Below, piece by piece: positions 28,294 to 37,617 of a stretch of DNA of 64,000 bases; the first letter of the stretch is position 1, and every line of letters begins with the position of its first letter. A program made the translations under genes and the position numbers. Below the pieces are notes generated by a model that was given only the letters and a program-made list of their open reading frames with translations, searched no databases and was not told the DNA's origin. Origin of the DNA: an uncultured bacterium (GTDB lineage: Bacteria; Planctomycetota; UBA1135; UBA2386). The stretch is from NCBI GenBank assembly GCA_937952215.1, contig CALFZH010000060.1, forward strand, positions 194,464-258,463, written 5' to 3'.

Positions 28294-30006
28294 ATGACCT
28301 CGACGCCGCCGCCTGCTGCCCGCCGCCCGCGGTTGTTCGCAGGGTCCGTCGCGATCGCGATGGCGCTGCTGGTGCCGGCGGTCGTCGGGTGGTGGTGGGG
28401 AACGACAGCGAGCGGCCCGCGGCAGGCACTGCTCGCCCACGTCCTCTACTGGCTCATGCCGCTGTATCTCGCGCTCGTCGCCGTCGCCGCCTGGCGCTGG
28501 TGGCGCCTGCACGGGTCGAACGGCCGAACGAACTGGCGGCGCGTCGGTGCGGCCGCCGCGTTCGCCGCGACCCTCGCGGCAGCGACGGTCGTGGTCGTCG
28601 AGCCGCGGCAGCGCATGCAGTGGGACGAGACCACGCTGCTCGGCACCGCGCAGGGCATGCATCTTCACCGTGCCGCGCTGCTCACCGGCAGCGCCGTGCC
28701 GTTCGCCGGTGATCTCGTGCCGCTCGAGCAGACGCTCGACAAGCGGCCGCCGCTGTTCCCGTTCCTGGTCAGCGTGCTGCACGACGTGACCGGCTACCGG
28801 CCGGCGAACGCGTTCGTCGTGAACGCCATCGCCCTCGGACTCGCGCTGCTCGTCCTGTCTGTTGCCGCCGGCTGGCACGGCGGGGTGATCGCCGCGGCGA
28901 CGGCGCCGCTGCTGCTGCTGGCCACGCCGTTGACATCAATCGTCGCGACGTCGGGTGGGCTCGAGATGCTCGCCGGCGCGCTGCTGCTGCTGGTGCTGGC
29001 CCAGGCGCTCGCCGTCGTGCGCGAGCCGTTGGCGGTGCGCTTCGAGCTTCTGCTCGCCACGGGACTGTTGTTCGCTTCGGTGCGTTACGAGGCATTGCCT
29101 TTGCTCGGGCTCGTGCTCGGCCTCGTGGCCTGGCAGACGCGCGGGCGCTGGTGCTGCACGACGACCACCCGGTGGCTGTTGTTGCTGCTGCCGACGCTGC
29201 TGACGCCGCTCGTCCTGCTGCTGCTGCACGGGCGGCAGGACCGCTTCTACCCCGAGGCGAACGGCGAGCCGTTGCTCGCGTTCGCCCACTTCGCCGAGCA
29301 CCTCGGGCCGTTGCTGCGCGGCATGTTCGTTTGGGGCCCCGAACGCGCCGAAGTCGCCGAACTCGCCGTGTTGCCCTGGCTTTGCGTCGTGGCGTGGGGG
29401 CATCGCCTGCTGCGCCGCCGGACGTCGGCCTGCGATCTGCTGGTCGTCGTGCCCATCGCAGCGGCGACCGTGCTGACGCTTGCGTGGTTCTACGGAGACG
29501 CGCGCGAGGCGACGGCACAACGCTTGTACCTGCCGCTCGTGTGGTTCTGCGCGCTGTCGCCGCTGCTGCTCCTCGCTGGGGCGTCGCGCGGCGTGCGTCT
29601 AGGCGGCTTCGTGGTCGCCGCGGTTCTGGCGGTGGTTCGCGTCGACCTGGTGCGCCGCGATGCGGAAAAGCTCGATCACCCGGTGGCCCGGCTCACCGAG
29701 GCCGTCGAGCGCGTGCTGCCGCAACTCGGCGCCGATCGAGGCAGGACGCTGTTCGTCTCGTCGATCGCGCAGCATCTCGTCGTGCACGGCTACGCGGCCA
29801 TGACGCCGGTCGCGTTCTGCAATCGCCTGCACGAGGTCGAGGCGCTGCGACGGCAGGACAACGTGCGCGTGGTCTTCGTCATCGAGACGCCGCTCGATGC
29901 CGACCTGGATGCCAGCGTCCGCGCGCGGATCGGCGGCTTCCCCAGCGACGTGGTGCATGCGGCTTCGGCCGATTCTCCGCTGGTCGTGCGCCGCCTCCGG
30001 TTCTGA
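28294..30006 (+). CDS. PMT_2/ArnT-like (GT39/GT83) polytopic glycosyltransferase
   Basis: From ORF 28255..30006. It has many transmembrane segments and a periplasmic-loop motif, LDKRPPLFPFLVSVL, typical of the ArnT/PMT family. The start (28255 GTG or 28294 ATG) is uncertain. Confidence 0.55.
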   Translation: MTSTPPPAARRPRLFAGSVAIAMALLVPAVVGWWWGTTASGPRQALLAHVLYWLMPLYLALVAVAAWRWWRLHGSNGRTNWRRVGAAAAFAATLAAATVVVVEPRQRMQWDETTLLGTAQGMHLHRAALLTGSAVPFAGDLVPLEQTLDKRPPLFPFLVSVLHDVTGYRPANAFVVNAIALGLALLVLSVAAGWHGGVIAAATAPLLLLATPLTSIVATSGGLEMLAGALLLLVLAQALAVVREPLAVRFELLLATGLLFASVRYEALPLLGLVLGLVAWQTRGRWCCTTTTRWLLLLLPTLLTPLVLLLLHGRQDRFYPEANGEPLLAFAHFAEHLGPLLRGMFVWGPERAEVAELAVLPWLCVVAWGHRLLRRRTSACDLLVVVPIAAATVLTLAWFYGDAREATAQRLYLPLVWFCALSPLLLLAGASRGVRLGGFVVAAVLAVVRVDLVRRDAEKLDHPVARLTEAVERVLPQLGADRGRTLFVSSIAQHLVVHGYAAMTPVAFCNRLHEVEALRRQDNVRVVFVIETPLDADLDASVRARIGGFPSDVVHAASADSPLVVRRLRF

Positions 30007-30133
30007 ACGGCGGCACTGCGTTCGGCTTGCACGCGGTGCCCGACACCCTGCGTGGAACGAAGCCTCGTGGTGCGATGCGCGGTCGTTCGCGGCAGTCGAG
30101 TTACCGGGACTGGCGTCGGGCCTATCGGCGCTC

Positions 30134-31519
30134 ATGTTCCAGCCCTCGGTGCAGATCCAGGCGGCGTGCCTGCTTGGCGCCCTGGTCCTCGTGGCGGCAC
30201 CCCCGGTCGCGGCCCAGGATCTCGACGCCCTGAAGGCGCGGGTGCTCGAGGCCTGTGGTGGTGAGAAGCCGCTACCGAGCCGCGGTCGGATCCTGTCTGG
30301 AGACGTCGCGCGCGGCGACCTGGTCGTGATCCCGGCCCCCCTGGTACCGCTGCCCGTGCACGCGTGTCCCCTGTGCAAGCAGCCGATGGTGAACGTTCCG
30401 CTGTGGAAGGAACGCCCAGGCGTCGACTCGTCGGCCGAGTGGACGGCCCACGTCTGCGAACGCGACGAACTGTTCTTCGCCACGCAGCACGGCTTCCGAT
30501 GCCACGCGGAGTGCGGACCGTTCGTGCTGCCGCGTCCCGGCGAGAAGGCCGCGCGCATCGCCTTGCCCTGGGGCGCGCTGCCCGAAACGCCGGTTGCGCC
30601 GAGGCCGAAGAGCACCTGGCCGGTGCCGGACGGTTCGATGTGGACCGAAGACGCGCCCGACGGCCGGCTCGTCGTGCGCAATGCCCAGCGCACGCTGTTC
30701 CACGAACCCGCCGATGCCGGGAACGTCGCGATGGGCATGTTCGGCGACGCGTGCAAGGTCTCGCCGAGCGCACGTCTCGTCGCGTTCGCCCGATCGCAGT
30801 CGCCGCTGATCGTCGGCGATCTCGGCACCGGGGCCGTGCGCGCGCGGTTGCCGATGCGCGGCAGCAACGTAGTCGTCGTGGCGATCGCGCCGGACGGCGA
30901 CGAAGTCGTGTTCCTGGTCGCCGAAGCCGGACAGCAGACTCCGTCGTTGCGTCGACTCGACGTCGCCAGCGGCAAGGTGATCGAAGTGGCGCGTGGCATG
31001 GAGCACGGGCCGAGCGACATCCTGTTCGCCGACCGGGCGGAGCTGCTGATCACGGCCGCGCACTCGCATCACGGCGTCATCACCGCCTACGCCATGGGCG
31101 GCACGGCGCGACGTTGGCAGGTCACCGTCGATGGCACGTGGACCGGCTGGCGCAGCCACACGTTGTCGCCCGACCACAAGCGGCTGCTCGTGATCACGCG
31201 CGGCGGGCTGCACGCCGAACTACTCGACGTGGCGAACGGCGTCGTGGAACGAACCATCGACCTGAAGTCGATCGCGGGCCACAGCGGTGGTGCGGGCGCC
31301 GCCTTCACCGACGACAGCCGCCAATATGCGTGGATCACGAGCGATGGTCGGATCGTGCGCAGCAGCATCGCCACGCCCCGCGACATGCACGTGCACTTCG
31401 GCTGCGCCGGCCCGTTCGGATCGCTGCGCTGGGCCGACGAGGACCGCGGTCTGCTGACGACGGACGAGGAGGGCGCCCGGTTGTTCTGGCCGGTCGATCG
31501 CTTCCTGGCGCCGCAGTAA
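30134..31519 (+). CDS. secreted hypothetical protein, WD40/TolB-like beta-propeller repeats
   Basis: ATG at 30134 of ORF 29897..31519, with signal peptide ACLLGALVLVAAPPVAAQ. It has the Cys pairs CPLCKQ...CERD...CHAEC and repeated APDGDEVVF / SPDHKRLLV strands. Confidence 0.45.
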   Translation: MFQPSVQIQAACLLGALVLVAAPPVAAQDLDALKARVLEACGGEKPLPSRGRILSGDVARGDLVVIPAPLVPLPVHACPLCKQPMVNVPLWKERPGVDSSAEWTAHVCERDELFFATQHGFRCHAECGPFVLPRPGEKAARIALPWGALPETPVAPRPKSTWPVPDGSMWTEDAPDGRLVVRNAQRTLFHEPADAGNVAMGMFGDACKVSPSARLVAFARSQSPLIVGDLGTGAVRARLPMRGSNVVVVAIAPDGDEVVFLVAEAGQQTPSLRRLDVASGKVIEVARGMEHGPSDILFADRAELLITAAHSHHGVITAYAMGGTARRWQVTVDGTWTGWRSHTLSPDHKRLLVITRGGLHAELLDVANGVVERTIDLKSIAGHSGGAGAAFTDDSRQYAWITSDGRIVRSSIATPRDMHVHFGCAGPFGSLRWADEDRGLLTTDEEGARLFWPVDRFLAPQ

Positions 31520-31639
31520 CGACGTGGACGTGCGGCCGGGCGCGTGCGGTCGCCGGGGGATGACCGCGGGTCACGCTGCCGCCGTTCCCGCTGCGTCGGG
31601 GCTTGCCAGTTCGGTCCTGGCCCGCGACAACGCCGTGCC

Positions 31640-32239
31640 ATGCGCATCGCCGCCTTCGCCTTGCTGCTGCTGTGCACCGCCTGTTGGAGCCCGAGCTACT
31701 TCGCGCCGCGCGAGCACGCCGACGCGACCGCGCCGGGCGGCATGCCGGCCGCCAACTACGCGGTGCCCACCGGCGCGTCCGATGCGCCGCCGACCGCCGA
31801 GCTGCGGGTGTGGTCGAACGGCGCCAAGGCTCGCTTCACCGACGACAACCGGGAAGTGGTCGAACTGCACGTCGGCTTCGAGCTCGAGAACAACAGCGCG
31901 ATCCCGCTGCAACTCGACCTCGGCGCGATCGCCGTCGAGGAACTGGTGCTCGACGGCGTGCTGCAGAAGCCCCTCGTGCCGCTGCACATCGCCGGCGACG
32001 GCTTGTCGCTGCCGAAGACGACGGCGCGCGTCGATGCGATCTTCGAACCGGGAACGACCTATCCACGCCACATCGACGCGTTCGCGGTGCGTTTCCGCGT
32101 CACGGGCGACGGCCGCGAAATGCTGCACCAGGTGACGCCGTTCGGGCCGCACGTGCGGTCGTACGATCGGTACCACGACTCCGGGTGGGGTTGGGGCTGG
32201 GGCTTCGGCTTCGGTTTCGCGCACACACACTGGCACTGA
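31640..32239 (+). CDS. hypothetical lipoprotein with aromatic-Gly C-terminal tail
   Basis: ATG at 31640 of ORF 31544..32239, with lipobox LLLLCTAC. The C-terminus is DSGWGWGWGFGFGFAHTHWH. Confidence 0.5.
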   Translation: MRIAAFALLLLCTACWSPSYFAPREHADATAPGGMPAANYAVPTGASDAPPTAELRVWSNGAKARFTDDNREVVELHVGFELENNSAIPLQLDLGAIAVEELVLDGVLQKPLVPLHIAGDGLSLPKTTARVDAIFEPGTTYPRHIDAFAVRFRVTGDGREMLHQVTPFGPHVRSYDRYHDSGWGWGWGFGFGFAHTHWH

Positions 32240-32318
32240 ACGGCGCGCGGGCCGGAAGCCGAGCGGGGTGCCGCCGCCGGCCGCGGTGTTGCACGAGCCT
32301 CGGAGTTCCGGCAGCAGG

Positions 32319-32343
32319 TTGCCGTCGTGCGGCGTTTTTCTTC
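32319..32343 (+). terminator. weak rho-independent terminator candidate
   Basis: A short stem (TTGCCG / CGGCG) is followed by TTTTTCTT. This is the only T-run noticed in the window, about 80 nt after the lipoprotein stop. Confidence 0.3.
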
Positions 32344-32509
32344 GCCCTGGCAGCGGCCGACAGCAGCCGACGGCGAACGTCGTTCCGCAGCCGCTGGTTG
32401 CGCCGCGTATTGCCGCCGGCTAAGGGTTTCGCCCCGTTTTCGGCCGGCGCGCCCTGCGCGCGCGTCGCCGACCCTGACCGCCACCGAGAACCACCCCCTG
32501 CATCGATCC

Positions 32510-33241
32510 ATGACCGACCGAGAGCCAATGATCGAGGCCGTCGACCTGAGCAAGCACTACGGGTCGTTCGTTGCCGTCGATCGTCTGACGTTCACGATCC
32601 GCCGCGGCGAAGTCGTCGCCTTCCTCGGGCCGAACGGCGCCGGCAAGTCGACGACGATGAAGGTGCTGACCGGCTACCTGTCGCCGTCGGGCGGCCAGGC
32701 GCGGCTGTGCGGCATCGACGTCGTGCAGGACCGCGTGCGCGCCGCGCAGAAGCTCGGCTACCTGCCGGAGAACGGGCCGCTCTATCCGGAGATGACGCCG
32801 CGCGAATTGCTGACGTTCTTCGGTGAGGCGCGCGGCATGAACCGCGCGCAGCTGACGGAGCGAATCGCCTTCGTCACCAAGGAGTGCGCGCTCGAGGAAC
32901 TGCTCGACAAGCCGATCGGCACCTGCAGCAAGGGCCAGAAGCAGCGCGTCGGCATGGCGCAGGCCCTGCTGCACGATCCCGAAGTGCTGATCCTCGACGA
33001 GCCGACCACCGGCCTCGATCCCAACCAGATCCGGCACGTGCGCGAGCTGGTGAAGAAGCTCGGCCAGACGCGCACGATCCTGCTGTCGACGCACCTGTTC
33101 CAGGAAGTCGAGGCGATGGCCAGCCGCGTGCTGCTCGTCACCGACGGGCGGCTCGTCTTCGACGGCACGCCGGCCGAGTTCAAAGCCCGCGGCGGCGGCC
33201 AGATGGACAACGCCTTCCACGCCCTGACCCACCAAGCCTGA
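32510..33241 (+). CDS. ABC transporter ATP-binding protein (GldA-like, ABC-2 type)
   Basis: It has Walker A (GPNGAGKST), the signature CSKGQKQRVGMAQAL and Walker B (LILDEPTTGLD). Confidence 0.85.
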   Translation: MTDREPMIEAVDLSKHYGSFVAVDRLTFTIRRGEVVAFLGPNGAGKSTTMKVLTGYLSPSGGQARLCGIDVVQDRVRAAQKLGYLPENGPLYPEMTPRELLTFFGEARGMNRAQLTERIAFVTKECALEELLDKPIGTCSKGQKQRVGMAQALLHDPEVLILDEPTTGLDPNQIRHVRELVKKLGQTRTILLSTHLFQEVEAMASRVLLVTDGRLVFDGTPAEFKARGGGQMDNAFHALTHQA

Positions 33242-33255
33242 GACCCTCCACGACC

Positions 33256-33972
33256 ATGAACAAGAACGTCGTTCTCGCCGTGGCCAAGCGCGACCTGCGC
33301 AGCTGGTTCGGCAACCCCGCGAACTACGTGTTCATCACGCTGTTCGTCGGCCTCTCCTGCGCCGTGATGATGTGGAGCGGCGCATTCTTCACCAACAATC
33401 TCGCCAACCTCGACACGCTGAACGGCACCTTCCCGATCCTCGCCGGCCTGTTCGTCGCCGCGGCGACGATGGGCATGTGGGCGAGCGAACGCAGCCACGG
33501 CACCCAGGAACTGTTGTTCACGTTGCCGGCGACCGACCTCGAGCTGCAACTCGGCAAGTTCGCGGCCTACGTCGGCATCTACACGGTGTCGCTGGCGTTC
33601 ACGCTGATCCTGCCGCTGGTGCTCGTGTTCCTCGGCAACCCGGACCTCGGCCAGTTGTTCGCGAACTACGTCGGCTACTGGCTGCTCGGCGTGAGTCTGG
33701 TGGCGGTGTCGACGATCGGCACCCAGCTCACCGGGTCGGGAACGGTCGCGCTGCTGCTGTCGATCGTGTTGATCGCCGCCTACCTCGGCAGCGGCTGGCT
33801 GCTCGACTGGCTCGGCTTCCCGGGTTGGCAGGTGCACGGGCCGATCGGCCAGTTCCGCGAGTTCGCGCGCGGCATGCTGCCGGCGTCGGGCCTGGTGATG
33901 TTCGTCGGCATGACCGCGACGTTCTTCGCGTTCGGCCTGGCGCTGCTGTCGCGCCGCCACTGGCGGCGCACA
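33256..33972 (+). CDS. ABC-2 type permease (GldF-like); 3' end unresolved because no in-frame stop occurs until 35397
   Basis: ATG at 33256 of ORF 32884..35397. The ~236-aa six-transmembrane permease sequence ends at ...FAFGLALLSRRHW. Beyond this the frame becomes Arg-rich nonsense overlapping the GldG-like gene. Confidence 0.6.
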
Positions 33973-34000
33973 CGGCATCACGCGCTTCGCGAGCCTCGCC

Positions 34001-35896
34001 GTGGCGACGTTCGCCGGCACGGTGGTCGCGGTGTACGCGTTGCCGCGCATCGACGCGACCGTCGAGGGCATCCACTCGCTCGGCGCCGAGAGCAAGAAGC
34101 TGCTGGCGAGCCTGGACCCGCAGCGGCCGGTCTACGTGACGGCGTACGTCAGCGAGGACGTGCCCGAAGCGATCGTCTCGCAGCGCAACCTGCTGCTCAA
34201 CCTGATCGACCAGTTCGATTCGCTCGGTGGCGCTGCCGTCGAGAAGAGCATCGTGATGCCGCTGCCGTTCTCGCCCGAGGCGCGCGCGGCGGAGGCGAAC
34301 TTCGGCATCCGCCCGCAGCCCGTCGCGATGGAACTCGCCGGCGGCGGCATCGCGCGCAAGCAGGTGTTCCTCGGCTTCGTCGTGCAGTGCGGCACCGAGG
34401 AGGTCGTCAACCCGTTCGTCGATCGCGCCGTGCCGATCGAGTACGAGCTGATGCGCAGCATCCGCACGGTGTCGCAGGTCGCGCGCAAGAAGGTCGGCAT
34501 CCTCAAGACCGACGTCGAGTTCATGGGCGGCATGGACTTCCAGACCTTCCGCCAGAAGCCGCGGTGGGCGATCGCCGACGAACTGCAGCAGCAGTACCAG
34601 ATCGAGAACGTCGACGCCGACAAGGACTACCCCGAGGGCCTGGCGTGCCTCGTCGTGCCGCAACCGAGCTCGCTGCAGCAGGAGCAGATGGACCGCCTGC
34701 AGAACTGGCTCGCCGCCGGCAACCCGGCCCTGCTGCTCGAGGATCCGGCACCGCTCGATGCGTGGGGCACTGCGGCCGACGACCAGAAGGGCGGCATGCA
34801 GGCCCGCATGATGGGCGGCGGCGGACCGGAGAAGGGCAACTTCGCCGGGCTGCTGTCGTCGATCGGGCTGCAGTTCCGCGCCGGCGAAGTGGTGTGGGAT
34901 CTCAGCTACCGACGCTTCCCGGGCGGCGGGCTGCGCGAGGAGTTCGTGTTCGTGCGCGGCCCTGGCTTCGCGGCCGAGAGCCCGATCACGGCCGGCCTGC
35001 AGAACGTCGTCCTGCTGATGGGCGGCCACGTCGAAGCGCTCGCCAAGGACGGCTTCACGTTCACTCCGCTGCTGCGCTCGCGCGAGCCGGCGGTGACGCG
35101 CGAGCCGAACGGCATCGTGCGCAAGTCCGAGTTGTTCCAGATGGACTTCTTCGGCATGGGTCCGCAGATCAACCCGACCGCGCGCTATCTGCGCTCCAAC
35201 CGCGACCTGACGATCGCCGCGCGGGTGACCGGCAAGCCGGCCGAGGGCAAGCAGAAGGGCGTCGACGTGATCTACGTCGCCGACCTCGACCTGATCGGCA
35301 ACCAGTTCTTCCAGATCCGCCGGCAGATGACCGAGGCCGATCTGCGGTTCGACAACGTCACGTTCATCCTGAACTGCATCGACACGCTGGCCGGTGACGA
35401 CAGCCTGGTCGAGGTGCGCAAGCGCCGGCCGATCCTGCGCAAGCTCGACCGCGTCGAGGAAGCGCAGCGCGAGTTCGAGGACCAGTGGACCAAGGCCAAG
35501 GACAAGGCCGAGGAGGACGCCGGACTGGCGCTGAAGGAGGCGCAGGCGCGCCTCGACGAGGCGGTGACGAAGATCCGCGAGGACGCCTCGCTCGACGAGC
35601 AGGCCAAGGAGGTCAAGATCGTCGAGGAGCAGCAGGTGCAGAACCGCAAGCTCGAGAACGAGCGGGCGCTGATCGACCAGAAGAAGCTGCAGAAGCTCGA
35701 GGAGGCCACGCACGACCGTGATGCCGCGAAGAAGGGCATCCACGACCGCTACCGCGTGACCACGCTGTTGCTGAGCTTGCTGCCGGGCTTGCTGCTCGGC
35801 GTCGTGACGTTCGCGCGGCGCAATGCGCGCGCCGCGGCGATCGTGCCGGTGAATCGTCAGGCGAGCGGCCCGAAGGCCAAGGGAGGTGCATCGTGA
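34001..35896 (+). CDS. GldG-like ABC-transporter auxiliary protein with C-terminal coiled coil and transmembrane anchor
   Basis: RIDATVEGIHSLGAESKKLLASLDPQRPVYVTAYVS matches the GldG N-terminal pattern. The C-terminus is a Lys/Glu-rich coiled coil plus LLLSLLPGLLLGVVTF. The first canonical start (GTG 34001) falls inside the predicted N-terminal transmembrane helix. Confidence 0.65.
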   Translation: MATFAGTVVAVYALPRIDATVEGIHSLGAESKKLLASLDPQRPVYVTAYVSEDVPEAIVSQRNLLLNLIDQFDSLGGAAVEKSIVMPLPFSPEARAAEANFGIRPQPVAMELAGGGIARKQVFLGFVVQCGTEEVVNPFVDRAVPIEYELMRSIRTVSQVARKKVGILKTDVEFMGGMDFQTFRQKPRWAIADELQQQYQIENVDADKDYPEGLACLVVPQPSSLQQEQMDRLQNWLAAGNPALLLEDPAPLDAWGTAADDQKGGMQARMMGGGGPEKGNFAGLLSSIGLQFRAGEVVWDLSYRRFPGGGLREEFVFVRGPGFAAESPITAGLQNVVLLMGGHVEALAKDGFTFTPLLRSREPAVTREPNGIVRKSELFQMDFFGMGPQINPTARYLRSNRDLTIAARVTGKPAEGKQKGVDVIYVADLDLIGNQFFQIRRQMTEADLRFDNVTFILNCIDTLAGDDSLVEVRKRRPILRKLDRVEEAQREFEDQWTKAKDKAEEDAGLALKEAQARLDEAVTKIREDASLDEQAKEVKIVEEQQVQNRKLENERALIDQKKLQKLEEATHDRDAAKKGIHDRYRVTTLLLSLLPGLLLGVVTFARRNARAAAIVPVNRQASGPKAKGGAS

Positions 35897-37587
35897 ACGA
35901 CGTGATGAAGACCGCAGTGTGCGTCGGGGCGGCCGTCGGGCTGAGCCTGTTGGCGCTGTCGATGGGACCCAAGGCCCAGTCGCTCGAGTTGTTCTCCGAC
36001 CAGGGCGAACTGTTCTTCCCGGCGTTCACCGACCCGGCGCGGGTCGCCGAGCTCGAGGTCGTCGAGTTCCGCGAGGCGCAGGGCGCGGCGTACCCGTTCG
36101 TCGTCAAGCGCGACGACAAGGGTCGCTGGACGATCCCGTCGCACGACGGCTACCCCGCCGACGCCAAGGACCGCATGGGCAAGGCGGCGGCACTGGTGAT
36201 CGGCCTGAAGAAGGAGGCCGTCGTCGGCGACGAGAAGGGCCGGCACGCCGACTACGGGCTGCTCGATCCGCTCGACAGCTCGGCCGAGACCAAGGGCCGC
36301 GGCACGCGCATCACCATGAAGGACAGCGCCGGCAACGTGCTGGCGGACCTGATCCTCGGCAAGGAGGTCGAGGGCAAGATGCAGGTGCGCTACGTGCGTT
36401 CGCCCGACAAGAAGCGCATCTACCGCGCCAAGATCGACGGCGAACTGTCGACGAAGTTCGCGGACTGGATCGAGACCGACCTGCTGAAGGCGTCGTCGTG
36501 GGACATCGCCAAGATCACGTTCGACAACTACTCGGTCAACGAGCAGGGTCGGACGCTGCGGGAAGCGATCGTCGCCGGTGACAAGTACGTGCTCGCCAAG
36601 GACGACGCCGGCAAGTGGACGTTCGCCGGCATCGACGCCGAGAAGGAGGAGCCGAACGAGGAGAAGCTGCGCGAAATCGGCGACACGCTGGGCCAGATCA
36701 AGATCGTCGGCGTGCGGCGCAAGCCCGAGGGCCTGAACGCGCGGCTCGAGCGCGCGACCGGCATCGAGGCCCAGATGCTCGCGCGCAACCTGCAGGGCAA
36801 GGGCTTCTTCCTGGCGGGCGACGGCAAGCTCTACAGCAACGAGGGCGACCTGCTGTTCGAGACGAAGAAGGGCGTGCGCTACACGCTGCGCTTCGGCGAG
36901 GTCGTGCTCGGCGAAGGCGACGAGGTCACGTCGGGCATCGCCAATCCGAAGGACAAGCCCAAGGATGGCGAAGCCGCGACCAAGCCGGGCAACAACCGCT
37001 ACCTGATGGTCACCGCCGAGTTCGCCGAGGACTTGCTGGGCAAGCCCGCTGGTGCCCGGTTGCCGAAGGAGCAGCTCGACAAGCGCGCCGAGGCGCGCAC
37101 GCAGATCGAGGCGATCCAGCGGGCGGTCGAGGCCTTCCGCAGCAAGAACGAGAACAAGCTGCCCGAGTCGCTGGCGAAGCTGGCCGAGAAGCCGGCCGAA
37201 GGTGAGGCGCTGCTCGCCGAGCTCAAGAAGGACCCGTGGGGCAACGACTACGTGCTGTGGGTCCAGGGCGACACCTACGCGGTCGTCAGCTACGCCGACG
37301 GCGGCGCCGACGGCGGCGACGGCATCGCTGCCGACGTTCGCAGCGATCGCCTGCCGCAGGAAGACGAGCTGAAGAAGAACGCCGACGCGTGGGCCGAGTT
37401 CGACCGCAAGGTCGACGAGGGCAAGAAGGAGGCCGACAAGCTGAGCGCGCGCTTCGGGCCGTGGTACTACGTGATCGACCAGGCGCTGTTCACGAAGCTG
37501 AAGCCGGCGCGCGCCGACCTGGTCAAGCCGAAGACGCCGCCGGAAGCGCCGCCCGCGACGACGACGACCGGCAACGACGGCAAGTGA
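35893..37587 (+). CDS. DUF4340-like protein carrying an internal GspG (type II secretion pseudopilin) C-terminal-like domain
   Basis: A GTG at 35893 overlaps the upstream stop. It has an N-terminal anchor VCVGAAVGLSLLAL and the usual DUF4340 position after a GldG-like gene. Residues ~400-470, IEAIQRAVEAFRSKNENKLPESL...KKDPWGNDYVLWVQGDTYAVVSYADGGADGGDGIAADV, match the GspG core DPWGNPY...SLGADG..GG...DI. Confidence 0.55.
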   Translation: MNDVMKTAVCVGAAVGLSLLALSMGPKAQSLELFSDQGELFFPAFTDPARVAELEVVEFREAQGAAYPFVVKRDDKGRWTIPSHDGYPADAKDRMGKAAALVIGLKKEAVVGDEKGRHADYGLLDPLDSSAETKGRGTRITMKDSAGNVLADLILGKEVEGKMQVRYVRSPDKKRIYRAKIDGELSTKFADWIETDLLKASSWDIAKITFDNYSVNEQGRTLREAIVAGDKYVLAKDDAGKWTFAGIDAEKEEPNEEKLREIGDTLGQIKIVGVRRKPEGLNARLERATGIEAQMLARNLQGKGFFLAGDGKLYSNEGDLLFETKKGVRYTLRFGEVVLGEGDEVTSGIANPKDKPKDGEAATKPGNNRYLMVTAEFAEDLLGKPAGARLPKEQLDKRAEARTQIEAIQRAVEAFRSKNENKLPESLAKLAEKPAEGEALLAELKKDPWGNDYVLWVQGDTYAVVSYADGGADGGDGIAADVRSDRLPQEDELKKNADAWAEFDRKVDEGKKEADKLSARFGPWYYVIDQALFTKLKPARADLVKPKTPPEAPPATTTTGNDGK

Positions 37588-37617
37588 GCCCTCGCGCCGG
37601 CCGCTGCCGGCGCGGGT

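Noticed and set aside
32395-32440. The inverted repeat CGCCGGC...GCCGGCG upstream of the ABC ATPase gene, considered as a regulatory hairpin.
   Set aside because: It is a 7-bp GC stem with a 22-nt loop in a 70% GC background, which is expected by chance. There is no supporting context.
33973-35397. The 1.4-kb tail of the GldF-like ORF, considered as real coding sequence.
   Set aside because: The tail is Arg-rich nonsense fully overlapping the well-supported GldG-like frame. It is treated as a missing-stop/frameshift issue (see the finding), not as a real 714-aa permease.
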